Positions 1-9,961 are shown, counted from the stretch's first letter. The stretch: 64,000 nucleotides of DNA from an uncultured delta proteobacterium (GCA_963727445.1 CAVSGI010000020.1:32001-96000), one strand, 5' to 3'. Numbers and translations: made by a program. Notes: generated by a model not told the origin, from the letters alone.

Positions 1-58
1 GAGGTTGTGTCTCTCGACGCCGTGAACGTTCGGAGCGGCGCCATCGCTGGAGAGCATC

Positions 59-1030
59 TTGGGCTACGAAGTTGAGAACGATTCGGTGACCTACTTTGGC
101 GTGCCCGTGCAGGGTGCGAACGCAGCAGAGTTCGAGAGCCTGGGCGACTGCTATGGCAGAGACCGTCGGCGCGTTTTTTGGCGCACGCGTGAGGTCGAGG
201 GGGCCGACGTCGAGACTTTCCGCGACCTCGGATTCGACTGGGGCGCGGATCGAGACGCGGTATTCGAGTGTGGCCGCGCCAAGGAGGGGTACGACCCCGC
301 GACCATGAAGGCGTTCAACGAGAAGTACGCGTTGGACCGAAATGGCGCCTATCTCAACGGCTCGCCGATTCCGAACGTGGACCCGGCGCAGTTCGGCGTT
401 TGGGGCGGGTTCATGCGCATCGGCGATCGCTGCGAATACGATGGCCGCCCCATCGACGCGCACGCGGACACCTTTCGGGGAGTGGGGGGCGACTACGCGG
501 TCGACGACCAGCGCGTCTACTTTCGAACCAAGGTCGTCGAGGGCGCCGATGCCTCGACCTTCGAGGGCATTGGTCGGGTGTGGGGTCGTGACGCGGTGGC
601 GACCTACTTCGGTGCTCGCACCACCACGGAAGCCATGCATCCCTCCTGGTCGAAGCTGGATGCGGACGAATGCAGGCTGCGCATCGAGGCGCGCGCGGGT
701 GACGTGGACGCCATGTACGAGATCGCCAAGGCCATGATGATGGAGGGTGATCCCACGGAGGCGTTCGTTTGGGCTCAGCTCGCCATCGAGTCGGGTCGGA
801 AGCGCACCAAGCCCTTTCTTCGCCGCGCGATGAAGGCGGCGGACCCGCACGAGGAAGCGGAGCTCGAGGGCGCGCTGTTGTACGAAGCCGCACTCCGACT
901 CGCGACCGGGTCTGAGGTGCCGCGGGATGTGGACAATGCACGTCAGCTCCTCGCCCGGGCCAAGGAGGCGGGCTTGCTCGAAACCACGCAGGTCGACTTG
1001 GAGGAGAGGCGGACGCTCTTCGAAGATTGA
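59..1030 (+). CDS. DKNYY-repeat family protein with C-terminal Sel1/TPR-like helices
   Basis: Repeated GAD..TF...GxxY(G/A)xDxxxV(F/Y) units (YGRDRRRVFW, YAVDDQRVYF). The C-terminus has Sel1-like GDVDAMYEIAK...EAFVWAQLA. TTG start uncertain. Confidence 0.65.
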   Translation: MGYEVENDSVTYFGVPVQGANAAEFESLGDCYGRDRRRVFWRTREVEGADVETFRDLGFDWGADRDAVFECGRAKEGYDPATMKAFNEKYALDRNGAYLNGSPIPNVDPAQFGVWGGFMRIGDRCEYDGRPIDAHADTFRGVGGDYAVDDQRVYFRTKVVEGADASTFEGIGRVWGRDAVATYFGARTTTEAMHPSWSKLDADECRLRIEARAGDVDAMYEIAKAMMMEGDPTEAFVWAQLAIESGRKRTKPFLRRAMKAADPHEEAELEGALLYEAALRLATGSEVPRDVDNARQLLARAKEAGLLETTQVDLEERRTLFED

Positions 1031-1067
1031 GCACGGGTCGACGACGCTCGCGACGGGTCACCGCCGC

Positions 1068-1823
1068 GTGAGACTGAGGGCAAAGCTCGCTCAAAACGTC
1101 CGTGCTTTGCGACGCGCCCGGCGCTGGAGCCAGCGCGAGCTCGCCCAGCATCTCGGGCTCTCTCAGTCACGTCTGAGTCAGATCGAGCGTGGAGACGGAT
1201 CCTTCACCGCCGAGCAGCTCGTGAAGATCATCCAGCTCTTCAACGTTCCCATAGCCGACATCCTCCCAACGCCTGCAAAGGACAGTCGCGAAACCCAGAT
1301 CCAAAACGCGTTGGCGAGGCTGGGCGCCTCACACCTGCGAACGGACGAAACCGTCGTCCCCGCACAGGAGCTCGACGATATCCAATCGGTGATTCGCGCT
1401 GCACTGACCAGCGGTCGACCGAGACTGATCACTGCGCTTGCACCGGTCATCGTCGAGAACATCGATGCCGTCGACCTTCCTCTCGTGAGCGCTCGGCTCG
1501 CCGACAGCGGCTTCCCCCGCCGTCTTCCTTGGTTGGCCGAAAACGTCCTCGAGGCAGTCCGGCGAGAGCTCGAAACGTTCACTACACGGCCGCGGCGACG
1601 GCTTCTTCGGCGAGCAAGCGTCCTCCTGCAAAGTCATGTAGACCACGCGAACGAGCAGAGGAGTCCCCAGCCAGGCGAGGACATCCTCGATCGCGAGGTG
1701 CGTAGCGCCAGACTACTGTCCGCTGCTCGCGCCAACTCGTCTCCGATCTCGAAAAGGTGGGGAGTCGTGACCGCCATTCAGCCAGTCGACTTCCGCGTTG
1801 CCCTCGCGGGGACGGTGCAGTGA
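1068..1823 (+). CDS. XRE-family helix-turn-helix protein with C-terminal extension
   Basis: LAQNVRALRRARRWSQRELAQHLGLSQSRLSQIERG is a classic HTH_3 motif. Start placed at GTG 1068 within ORF 927..1823. Confidence 0.8.
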   Translation: MRLRAKLAQNVRALRRARRWSQRELAQHLGLSQSRLSQIERGDGSFTAEQLVKIIQLFNVPIADILPTPAKDSRETQIQNALARLGASHLRTDETVVPAQELDDIQSVIRAALTSGRPRLITALAPVIVENIDAVDLPLVSARLADSGFPRRLPWLAENVLEAVRRELETFTTRPRRRLLRRASVLLQSHVDHANEQRSPQPGEDILDREVRSARLLSAARANSSPISKRWGVVTAIQPVDFRVALAGTVQ

Positions 1824-2020
1824 CCGCATTCGAGCGGTTCTTCGAGGACATCGACCGGCGCTGGGAAGCGACATCCTCGTAGTCGACGAGACGCCGATCG
1901 ACTTGCCATCTTGGATCTGACAATTCGAGAAACTCGACGTCTCTGGTTTCCAGCCTCTTCAGCCCGAGGGAAGCGCAAGCCGGCTGGCTAGAGCCTGGTC
2001 CAGTGTCATCGGACCAGGCA

Positions 2021-4234
2021 CTACAACCCGAGGACGTGCTCGAGGAAGGCGTATTGCCGGACGTAGCGCTGCACGAGATCGGAGCGCCGCGTGCCCGCGC
2101 CGTGGCCGACGGAGCGCACCATGTAGAAGAGGATGGGCGCGTCGCCGGCCTGCGCCTCCTGCAGCCTGGCGGCGAACTTCGTGGAGTGCCCCCAGTAGAC
2201 GCGGCTGTCGTGGTCGGCGGTCTCGATCAAAGTGGCTGGGTAGCTCACGCCGTCGCGGATCTGGTGATAGGGCGAGTAGTCGCGAAGCCACGCGAACTGC
2301 TCCTCGTTCTCCGCGGTGCCGTACTCGCTGATCCAGAGCTCGGCCGGCGGGAACCGGTCGTAGCGCAGCATGTCGTAGAGCCCGACGTAGGTGGTGGTGG
2401 CGCCGAAGGCGTCCGGGCAGCGGGTGAGCATCGCGCCCATGAGCAGTCCGCCGTTGCTGCCGCCGGTGATCGCGATGCGCTCGGGCCGGCTGATGTCGCC
2501 GCTGCCGAGCCAGCGGATCACCGCCTCGAAATCCTCGAAGACCTTCTCCTTGTTGCCGAGGTTTCCGGCCTGGTGCCACTCCTCGCCGAACTCGCCGCCG
2601 CCGCGGATGTTCGCCACCGCGTATACGCCGCCCCGCTCCACCCAATAGAGCGCGTTGCGGGTGAAGCCGGGCAGCAGAGAGACGTTGAAACCGCCGTAGC
2701 CGTTCAGAAGCACCGGGCGGTTCCCGTCCCGCTCCATCCCTCGCGGATGCACCAGCGTCACCGGGATCATGGTTCCGTCGGCGGAGGGCACGCGCTCGCG
2801 GGTGACCTCGAGCCCCGAGAAGTCGACGTCGGTCTGGACCCGATCGATCTCGGTGAGCTGCCCCTCGCGCACGTCGTAGCGCATCAAGCTGGGCGGCTGC
2901 GTGTAGCTGGAAAAGGAGAAGGCGAGGGTGTTGCCGTCGGCAGAGCCGCTGAGGCCGTCCACCGAGCCCATGCCGGGCAGCTCGACCTCGCCTGCCGGGC
3001 GCCCGTCGAGGCGGAACGCCTTCACCTGCGACTGAACGTCGGCGATGTAGTGCAGGAAGAGGCGCCCGCCCACGATGGCCCAACTCTCGATCGGAGCGTC
3101 GCTCTCGGGGACCAGGTCGGTCCAGCCCTCGACGTTCCCCGCGCGGTCGGGGCGCACCTTCACGATGCGGTACCGCGGCGCGTCGACGTTGGTCCACAGG
3201 TACACCTGTCCGTCGTGCACGTGACCGACCGTGAGATCGTCGCGTCCGGTGATCACTGCCTCCATCGGGTGGTCTTCGTCCGGCGCGTCGAGCCGCCCGC
3301 GCGGGCGCCGCCCCCGGTCGAAGAGGTGGAAGTCGGAGGCCGACCAGCCGCGGAAGACGTTGATCGAGACCCACCGGTCGTCGTCGGAGACGCTCGGGCC
3401 GGGGAAGTCGGTGCCTTCGGCCGCACCGAAGACCAGCGGGTCGTCGTTCTGGTCGGTGCCGAGGCGATGGAAGAAGACGCGCGGGAAGTAGGTGTCCGGC
3501 GCCTCTCCGTCGTAGTTCTCTTCGCCTTCGCGCGGGTAGCGCGTGTAGTAGAAGCCGTCTTCGGCGTCGAGCCAGGAGAGGTTGCACCACTTGGTGTTGG
3601 GGATGCGGAGGCCATCGACCTCGCCCGAGCTCACTTCGATGAGGTGCAGCGTGCTGCGCTCGTCGCCGTTATCCGACAGGCCGTACGCGACGTACTTCCC
3701 GTGGGGTGATGCGTAGTACCAGTCGAGAGCGACGCGCTCGCCCTCCGCGCCCGGATCGACGAGCACGCGCTCCTCGGCATCGGGCGCGGTCCGCACGTAG
3801 AGGCGTGGCTGCTCCTGATCGCCCTCGCGCTTGGTGTAGAAGATGACGTCGTCCGCCACCTGCACGCCGCCCAGCACGCCGATCGACAACAGGGTCTCGA
3901 GGCGCGCCGCGGCCTCGGGCCGGCTCCACTCGGCGAGCAGCCGACGCGTCCGCTCGGTCTGCGCATCGATCCACGCGCGCGTCTCGGCCGTGTCCAATTC
4001 GAGCGAGCGGTAGGGGTCCTCCACGGCCACGCCGTGAAGCGTCTCGGTGACGGATCCGCGGCGCGCCTCCGCGTTCAGGCGGGACAGAACCTCGTCGTCA
4101 CCGTCGGCCTGAGCCTGGTTCGAGCTTTGGTGGTCCACGTGATCGGATTCAGGCATCGTCGCGCCTCCGCAACTCGACAGCGAGGTCAGCGCTGCGAGGC
4201 TCAGCAGGGTCCCAAGAATCGGGCGAGCAAGCAT
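2021..4234 (-). CDS. Prolyl oligopeptidase (S9A), probable lipoprotein
   Basis: VEDPYRSLE, GYGGF, NIRGGGEFG, GGSNGG nucleophile motif, DHDSRV, GHG. N-terminal signal ending LSSC. Confidence 0.95.
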   Translation of the reverse strand: MLARPILGTLLSLAALTSLSSCGGATMPESDHVDHQSSNQAQADGDDEVLSRLNAEARRGSVTETLHGVAVEDPYRSLELDTAETRAWIDAQTERTRRLLAEWSRPEAAARLETLLSIGVLGGVQVADDVIFYTKREGDQEQPRLYVRTAPDAEERVLVDPGAEGERVALDWYYASPHGKYVAYGLSDNGDERSTLHLIEVSSGEVDGLRIPNTKWCNLSWLDAEDGFYYTRYPREGEENYDGEAPDTYFPRVFFHRLGTDQNDDPLVFGAAEGTDFPGPSVSDDDRWVSINVFRGWSASDFHLFDRGRRPRGRLDAPDEDHPMEAVITGRDDLTVGHVHDGQVYLWTNVDAPRYRIVKVRPDRAGNVEGWTDLVPESDAPIESWAIVGGRLFLHYIADVQSQVKAFRLDGRPAGEVELPGMGSVDGLSGSADGNTLAFSFSSYTQPPSLMRYDVREGQLTEIDRVQTDVDFSGLEVTRERVPSADGTMIPVTLVHPRGMERDGNRPVLLNGYGGFNVSLLPGFTRNALYWVERGGVYAVANIRGGGEFGEEWHQAGNLGNKEKVFEDFEAVIRWLGSGDISRPERIAITGGSNGGLLMGAMLTRCPDAFGATTTYVGLYDMLRYDRFPPAELWISEYGTAENEEQFAWLRDYSPYHQIRDGVSYPATLIETADHDSRVYWGHSTKFAARLQEAQAGDAPILFYMVRSVGHGAGTRRSDLVQRYVRQYAFLEHVLGL

Positions 4235-4273
4235 GGGTGCTCCATGGCACGGCTGGCCCGCGGGCTCAACGCC

Positions 4274-5878
4274 CTACTGCTGAAGCACGTCCCATTTCGG
4301 GCGCTCAGCGCTCTCGGCCAGGGATTCGGCGTCGCCGACCAGGGCGTCGTGCCCGCGCTCGCGCCCGTCGAGGAAGTAGACGAAGTCGAGCTGCGCGTCG
4401 TCACGGCCCAGCTCGCGCGCGAAGGTGCGAACGATTTCCGTCGGCGGAATGGCGATCTTGCCCACCACCTCGATGCTGGGCACACGGAGCCCCGGGCCCT
4501 CGACTTCGGGCTCGTAGGCCTTCATGACCAGCTCCGAGCAGACCACCTCGTCATCGGTCGCGAAGTCGAAGTCGAAGTCGTACGGCCGTCCGTAGAAGGC
4601 CATCGCCCGATCGAGCGCGCGGGCGACGTAGAGCGGCGGCAGGCGAGGGCGCATGGCCGCCACGTAGTCCGCGCCGCAGCTGTGCTCGAGGCTCGCGGCG
4701 ACCACGCCTTCGCTCACCGCTTCGAGGATGCGATTCGGATGGCCCTGGTGATCGTGCTCCGCGAAAGCAGCCCAGGCCTCGGGGTGCTGCTCCGCCAGAT
4801 GCTCGCTGAAGGTCCCGTACTGCTCCTGAATCGCGGGGTCGCCGTCGAAGGCTTCGCGGATGTCGTCCTGCGTGCCGAGGTAGAGGGCGGCGTGCGGCCA
4901 GAAGCCGGGCAGGCCCACGTTGGAGAGGTACCAGTTGCGCCGTTCGACGATCACGTCGCCCGGACGGAGGGCGTCGCCGAAGTCTTCGAGCTGCGCGTCC
5001 GAGATGAGCCGCCGGTCGGCGTCCACCACGCGCGTGTCCCCGAACCACTCGGCCACGTCGCGTTGAACCGGGAACCAGGCCTGAAAGGCGGAGCGCTCGA
5101 GGAGCTCGGCCTTGTTGCGGATGGTGGTGAGGGCGGCGTGGGCGCTGACGTGTCCCTCTGCGAGCGCCCGCTGAGCACGAACCAGGTGCGCCACCGCGGT
5201 CGCGGCCTCGCCGTCCGCGAGGTGACGGGCGATCCAGGTGTCGAACCACTCGCCGCCCACCGCGATGAAGCTCTGATCGCGCGCGCGCGTCATGCGGTTT
5301 CGAAAGGTGGTGAAGGTGTCCGCCGGCAGTCCCAGCTCCGGCATCGCCTCGTCGAACATCGCCTGGATGCGATCGTTGCCCGCGACCATGTCGAGGAGCG
5401 CCTGCCCCGCGCTCACCTGCGCGGCCAACGAGGCGTAGGTGAGGCCGTAGGCCATCGCGTGGAGGTCCGGGTTGCGCTGATAGTCCACGCCGTACCAGCC
5501 CTCCCAGCGATGCTTGAGGGTGTCGAGCTCGAGGAGGGGGTCGAGGAAAGACCACCACAGAAGCCGCACCCGCCGGCGCTCCGACGGGGACAGGGACTCG
5601 ACGTCCGACGTCGTCAGGAGCTCCTCGTGGGAACGCGCCTGGGCGACCACCTCGTCGAGGCGCGCGCTCGCCCGTTCGGCCCGCGCCGTATCGCGCGCCA
5701 CCGCCGCGACGAAGGCGTCGCGGTCGAGCTGCCAGAGCGGCTGTGGCTGCTCGCCGAGGACGCGCCGCGCGAAGGGATAGCCCACCTCGTTCTTCTGCGT
5801 CGGCCAGACCGCCACCGCCGTCGCCGCCCCACCCACCAGAAGCACGACGGCGATCGCGATCTTCTTTCCCCGACCCAT
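4274..5878 (-). CDS. YiiX/YebB-like permuted NlpC/P60 (papain-like) hydrolase, N-terminally anchored
   Basis: LRPGDVIV...PGFWPHAALY, GRPYDFDF, VCSELV (His-before-Cys permuted order). N-terminal TM/signal. Confidence 0.85.
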   Translation of the reverse strand: MGRGKKIAIAVVLLVGGAATAVAVWPTQKNEVGYPFARRVLGEQPQPLWQLDRDAFVAAVARDTARAERASARLDEVVAQARSHEELLTTSDVESLSPSERRRVRLLWWSFLDPLLELDTLKHRWEGWYGVDYQRNPDLHAMAYGLTYASLAAQVSAGQALLDMVAGNDRIQAMFDEAMPELGLPADTFTTFRNRMTRARDQSFIAVGGEWFDTWIARHLADGEAATAVAHLVRAQRALAEGHVSAHAALTTIRNKAELLERSAFQAWFPVQRDVAEWFGDTRVVDADRRLISDAQLEDFGDALRPGDVIVERRNWYLSNVGLPGFWPHAALYLGTQDDIREAFDGDPAIQEQYGTFSEHLAEQHPEAWAAFAEHDHQGHPNRILEAVSEGVVAASLEHSCGADYVAAMRPRLPPLYVARALDRAMAFYGRPYDFDFDFATDDEVVCSELVMKAYEPEVEGPGLRVPSIEVVGKIAIPPTEIVRTFARELGRDDAQLDFVYFLDGRERGHDALVGDAESLAESAERPKWDVLQQ

Positions 5879-5944
5879 GTCCGGAGTCTACGCGCGTTGT
5901 CCGTGCGAGCACCACTCGATTGGGCTACCTAACCCCACCCACGA

Positions 5945-6748
5945 ATGGCGACCTACAGGCACCTCCATCTGCGCTACGGCTGCGACCGCCAGCGGCTCGC
6001 TCCCGCGCTCGCCGACGCCTTCGTCGAGCTCGACGCCGATGCGTCCACGCGCGCCTGGATCGACCGCGCGATCGACAACCCCCAGAGCCCCGCCATCACC
6101 GCGGCCCGCAACGCGGCCATGAAGTCGGTGAGCCTCTACGACGCCAACGCGCTGGTCGGTGCGTATTCCATGCGCGTGCTCAGCGCCGGCCAGTGGCGCG
6201 CGCTCCTCGGCCCGGCACCGCGGGGGCGCCTGTTGGACATCGGCGCGGGGGACGGCGGCGTCACCAGCGAGCTCGCCGAGCTCTTCGACGAGGTGGTGAC
6301 CACCGAGCTCAGCGGCCCGATGGCACAGAGGCTCCGCGCCGAAGGGTGGGCCTGTCACGAGATCGATCTCGCCGTGGAGGATCTTCCGGGAGGCGGCGTC
6401 TTCGAGGTCGTGTCTCTGTCGAACCTCCTCGATCGCATGAGCCACCCCCTGGCGCTCCTGGTGCGTCTTCGAAAGCTCGTGACGCCGGGAGGTCGGGTGG
6501 CGGTGGCGGTGCCTCTGCCGATCACCCAGGCCGTCTACTCGGGCACGCGCACGCTCCCCGCCGCGCAGAGCCTGCCCCGCCGGCCTCGCGACTGGGAGGG
6601 GGCGGCGAGCGTCCTCTATCACGAGGTCTTCGAGCCGCGCGGCTATCGCATCGAGAGCCTGTCCCGCGCTCCGTACCTCTGTCGGGGCGAAGCGGCCGAC
6701 CCGGTCAAGGTCCTCGACGACGCGATCTTCGTCTTGCGCTCTGCCTGA
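5945..6748 (+). CDS. METTL9/DREV-like class I SAM-dependent methyltransferase
   Basis: LLDIGAGDGGVT, TELSGPM, SLSNLLDR, PYLCRG, VLDDAIFVL, in the order characteristic of the METTL9/DREV family. Confidence 0.8.
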   Translation: MATYRHLHLRYGCDRQRLAPALADAFVELDADASTRAWIDRAIDNPQSPAITAARNAAMKSVSLYDANALVGAYSMRVLSAGQWRALLGPAPRGRLLDIGAGDGGVTSELAELFDEVVTTELSGPMAQRLRAEGWACHEIDLAVEDLPGGGVFEVVSLSNLLDRMSHPLALLVRLRKLVTPGGRVAVAVPLPITQAVYSGTRTLPAAQSLPRRPRDWEGAASVLYHEVFEPRGYRIESLSRAPYLCRGEAADPVKVLDDAIFVLRSA

Positions 6749-6766
6749 GGGAGCTATCCTCCGCCC

Positions 6767-7240
6767 GTGTCCGACGCCTCCGACGATGAAACGCGAGCAC
6801 GCCGCGAACGCATCAATCGACAGTTCGAGCAGAGCGTTCCCCACAACCGCGCGCTCGGGATGGAGCTCTTGGAGCTGGGCGAGGGTCGCGCCCGCAACAG
6901 GCTCCCCTGGGCGCCGCACCTGGTGGGCAATCCCGAGACCGGCGTGATCCACGGCGGCGTGATCACCTCCCTCCTCGACGCCTGCTGCGGAGCCGCGGTC
7001 TTTCAGGGCCTGGCGGAACCGCAACCGATCGCCACCCTCGACCTCCGCATCGATTACATGAAGCCGGCGGCGCCGAAGACCGACGTGCTCTCCGTCGCGC
7101 GCGTCACCAAGGTCACGCGCAACGTCGCCTTCGTGCGCGCCACCGCCTACCAAGGCACCGAGGACAACGCCATCGCGACCGCCACGGCTACCTTCATGCT
7201 CGGCACGCAGCAGCACCGCCACCCACCGGAGGCCGGATGA
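6767..7240 (+). CDS. PaaI-family hotdog thioesterase
   Basis: GVIHGGVITSLLD, TLDLRIDYMKPA. Confidence 0.9.
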   Translation: MSDASDDETRARRERINRQFEQSVPHNRALGMELLELGEGRARNRLPWAPHLVGNPETGVIHGGVITSLLDACCGAAVFQGLAEPQPIATLDLRIDYMKPAAPKTDVLSVARVTKVTRNVAFVRATAYQGTEDNAIATATATFMLGTQQHRHPPEAG

Positions 7241-7683
7241 GCTCGCTCTCGCAGAAGCTCGCCGCGCTGCGAGAGGCGGGCGACGCCGGGGGCATGGCGG
7301 AGCTCGTGCCCTACGCGCAATGGTTGGGGCTGACCTACGTGAACGACGAGGAGCGCCTCCTCGGCAAGCTCGCCTACTCGGACAAGCTCGTCGGCAATCC
7401 CATTCTGCCGGCGCTCCACGGCGGCACGCTCGGCGCGCTCCTCGAGTCGACGGCGATCATGGAGGTGATCTGGCAGCGGGGCTCGTCGGTCCTCCCCAAG
7501 ACGATAAACCTCACGGTGGACTATCTTCGCTCGGCCCGCCCAATCGACACCTGGGCCGAGGCCACGATCACCAAGAGCGGCCGTCGCGTCGTCTCGGTGC
7601 GCGCCGACGCCTGGCAAGAGGATCGCCAGCGCCTGATCGCCACCGCGAGCGCACACTTCCTGGTGATGGCCGACGAGCGTTGA
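7237..7683 (+). CDS. PaaI-family hotdog thioesterase (second of tandem pair)
   Basis: LHGGTLGALLE, TINLTVDYLRSA. ATGA overlap with the upstream gene. Confidence 0.9.
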   Translation: MSSLSQKLAALREAGDAGGMAELVPYAQWLGLTYVNDEERLLGKLAYSDKLVGNPILPALHGGTLGALLESTAIMEVIWQRGSSVLPKTINLTVDYLRSARPIDTWAEATITKSGRRVVSVRADAWQEDRQRLIATASAHFLVMADER

Positions 7684-7722
7684 GGGGTCGCGCGAGGGGC
7701 CGGGACGTGCTCTCCTCGAAGC

Positions 7723-7959
7723 ATGGCCAGGCAGAAACCGAAGCGCCGCAAGAAGAAGAAAAAGAAGGGCAGGGGCGGCGGGAGCTATTCGGGTGGCCGC
7801 GGCAGCGGTGGGGTGATGCAGTCGATGCTGGGGGGCTTTCGCCGCGCCGCAGGAGCCGAGCCGTCGAAGAAGGGAAAGAGCAGCCTGCTCGGAAACCTGC
7901 TCTGGATCCTCTTGATCGCGGCCGCTACCGCAATGGTCATCAACAGTTACCGAAATTGA
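7723..7959 (+). CDS. Small basic protein with C-terminal TM helix
   Basis: Lys-rich N-terminus and hydrophobic LLWILLIAAATAMVI tail. Fills the gap after the thioesterase pair. Confidence 0.6.
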   Translation: MARQKPKRRKKKKKKGRGGGSYSGGRGSGGVMQSMLGGFRRAAGAEPSKKGKSSLLGNLLWILLIAAATAMVINSYRN

Positions 7960-8027
7960 GCCCTTGGTGGGGGATTCCCCTACGGAAGGACGCCTGTCTC
8001 GCTCGTAGCCTGTGTCGAGTGACGGAC

Positions 8028-8480
8028 GTGGCGGAGAAATGGGAGGAACGGGTCACCGAACCCAACGCCCAGGCCCCAAGCGGCGTACGACAGAAGGTAG
8101 CGGGCGAGCGCCCGCCCCTCGACGGCCTCCGCGTGCTGTGGATCGATCCGGACCGCGCCTGCTCGGCGGAGTGCCGCGAGATCCTCGTCGCATGGGGAGC
8201 AACCATCGTCACGGTTCAGCACGCCGCTACGGGCCTGGACACCGCAGCGGCCGCACGTCCCGATGTGGTGGTCATCAGCGCGGATGGCGGCGCCCACTCC
8301 CCCGATCAGCTCGCACGCATTCTGCACTTCCTGATCCCGGACCCTCCACCGGTGATTCTCGTGTCCAAGCGCGACTTGCGTGGGCTCGACGCTGCGCTGC
8401 CCGGTGTGATTCGGCTCCTGCCCAAGCCCTTCGATCCCGGGACGATGCTGAGTGTCCTTCGTCGTGTCGAACGCACCTGA
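8028..8480 (+). CDS. Atypical (pseudo-)receiver domain protein
   Basis: RVLWIDPD...PDVVVISA...PVILVS...LLPKPFD. The phospho-acceptor position is Ser. Start uncertain (GTG 8019 or 8028) within ORF 7320..8480. Confidence 0.7.
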   Translation: MAEKWEERVTEPNAQAPSGVRQKVAGERPPLDGLRVLWIDPDRACSAECREILVAWGATIVTVQHAATGLDTAAAARPDVVVISADGGAHSPDQLARILHFLIPDPPPVILVSKRDLRGLDAALPGVIRLLPKPFDPGTMLSVLRRVERT

Positions 8481-8517
8481 GCCTTGACCCGGGGGGCGGT
8501 GCGAGAAACCATCAGGG

Positions 8518-9078
8518 ATGGCCCACGATGCGATGTCGACGCCCCCCGGCGCGCCGGTCGTGGAAGGCCTCGTCGTCTTGGCGCGGCGTCAACCCGTCGA
8601 GGAGTGGGAGCGCACCTTCGGTCGGGCGGTGCTGGTGGGTCCCAAACCCCTCAGCCAGGTAAATGAGGGCGACGACGTGGACGACGATCCGTGGGCCTTC
8701 CAGACCATGTCCGCGGCGCTCGACCTTCACCTTCCGGACCCGCTCACCTCGTTCCGCGAGAGTGAGGTCTACGGCCTGAGGAAAGCATCGCGCGGCGCCT
8801 TCGCCGCCACCGTTCTCGTCGGCCGGGCGAGCTCCAACGACGTCACCATTCCGGACCCGAGCCTCTCGAAGCTCCACGCGCGCGTCCATCTCGCGACCGA
8901 CGGCACGATGAAGATCAGCGACTCGGGATCGAAGAATGGCACGGTGCTCAACGGCGACATCGTGGACGACACGCCGATCCCGCTCAGCCACGGCGACATG
9001 CTCCGCCTAGGCGATCGCAGCTTCAAGGTCTACGCCACTCGCCACTTCCACGGGCTGGTCGCGAAGCTGACGATCTGA
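8518..9078 (+). CDS. FHA-domain protein
   Basis: VGR...NDVTIPDPSLSKLHA...DSGSKNGTVLNG...LSHGDMLRLG. Confidence 0.9.
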   Translation: MAHDAMSTPPGAPVVEGLVVLARRQPVEEWERTFGRAVLVGPKPLSQVNEGDDVDDDPWAFQTMSAALDLHLPDPLTSFRESEVYGLRKASRGAFAATVLVGRASSNDVTIPDPSLSKLHARVHLATDGTMKISDSGSKNGTVLNGDIVDDTPIPLSHGDMLRLGDRSFKVYATRHFHGLVAKLTI

Positions 9079-9087
9079 GCGACGCGC

Positions 9088-9504
9088 TCAGCTCAGGGCG
9101 CCGCGGAGGGACTCGGCGAGGGCAGCGCCCGCTTCGCCCTCGAGGTTGCCGGCAGGCCATCGGATGCCGAGGCCGGAGTCGGCGTCCGGCTTGGGGATGA
9201 TGTGGAAGTGCACGTGGAAGACGGCCTGGTGGGCCATCGGCTCGTTGTTCTCGAGCACGTTGTAGGCGGTGACGCCCGTCACCTCTTTCACGGCCCGGCA
9301 GATTCGGGGCAGCACGCGTCCGACCGCCGCGGCGGCCTCGTCGCTGAGCTGGTCGAGTGTCGGAGCCGCTTCCTTCGGAATGACGAGGGTGTGTCCCTTG
9401 CTCAGGGGGTTGATGTCGAGGAAGGCGAGCACGTGCTCGTCCTCGTACACCTTGTGGCAGGGGATCTCGCCCCGGATGATCTTGGTGAAGATGGTCTCGG
9501 CCAT
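9088..9504 (-). CDS. hit: HIT-family nucleotide hydrolase
   Basis: TIFTKIIRGEIP, AFLDINPLSKGHTLVIPK, HVHFH triad. Confidence 0.95.
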   Translation of the reverse strand: MAETIFTKIIRGEIPCHKVYEDEHVLAFLDINPLSKGHTLVIPKEAAPTLDQLSDEAAAAVGRVLPRICRAVKEVTGVTAYNVLENNEPMAHQAVFHVHFHIIPKPDADSGLGIRWPAGNLEGEAGAALAESLRGALS

Positions 9505-9535
9505 GGCGGGTTCATATCAAACCCGCGGGCCTTCG

Positions 9536-9961
9536 TCAGATCACGCCGGCGTGGATGCGGGAAACGGTCTCGGCGTAATTCGTGCGCACCCGACGCTGGG
9601 GGATGGGTGGGGGGAAGCCGGCGAGGCGGGTCAGGAGCTCGCCCCGCGCCCGCTGCTCGATGTGGGTGAAGCGCAGGCCCGCCGCGTAACCGGGGTCGTA
9701 GGGCCGCCAGCCGCCGATGACGCGCGCCACCTCCGCCTCGACGTCGATCCACGGGCCGCCGTGGGGCGCCTGGAACGAGATCACCAGCTCCTGCCCGGTC
9801 TCGACGCGATCGTCGCAGGCCAGGAGCAGACCCCGCGGCGAGAGGTCGAGGATGCGGTCCCCGATGAGCCTGAATTCGTCGAGGGCGACGGCCTGGCAAC
9901 GGGTGCGGACTACGCGCCGGACGCTGCGGCGCTGGCGGTGGCGAACGAGGAGCGAGGGCAT
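9536..9961 (-). CDS. PilZ-domain protein
   Basis: QRRSVR (RxxxR) and DLSPRG (DxSxxG) motifs, AGLRF. Confidence 0.85.
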   Translation of the reverse strand: MPSLLVRHRQRRSVRRVVRTRCQAVALDEFRLIGDRILDLSPRGLLLACDDRVETGQELVISFQAPHGGPWIDVEAEVARVIGGWRPYDPGYAAGLRFTHIEQRARGELLTRLAGFPPPIPQRRVRTNYAETVSRIHAGVI

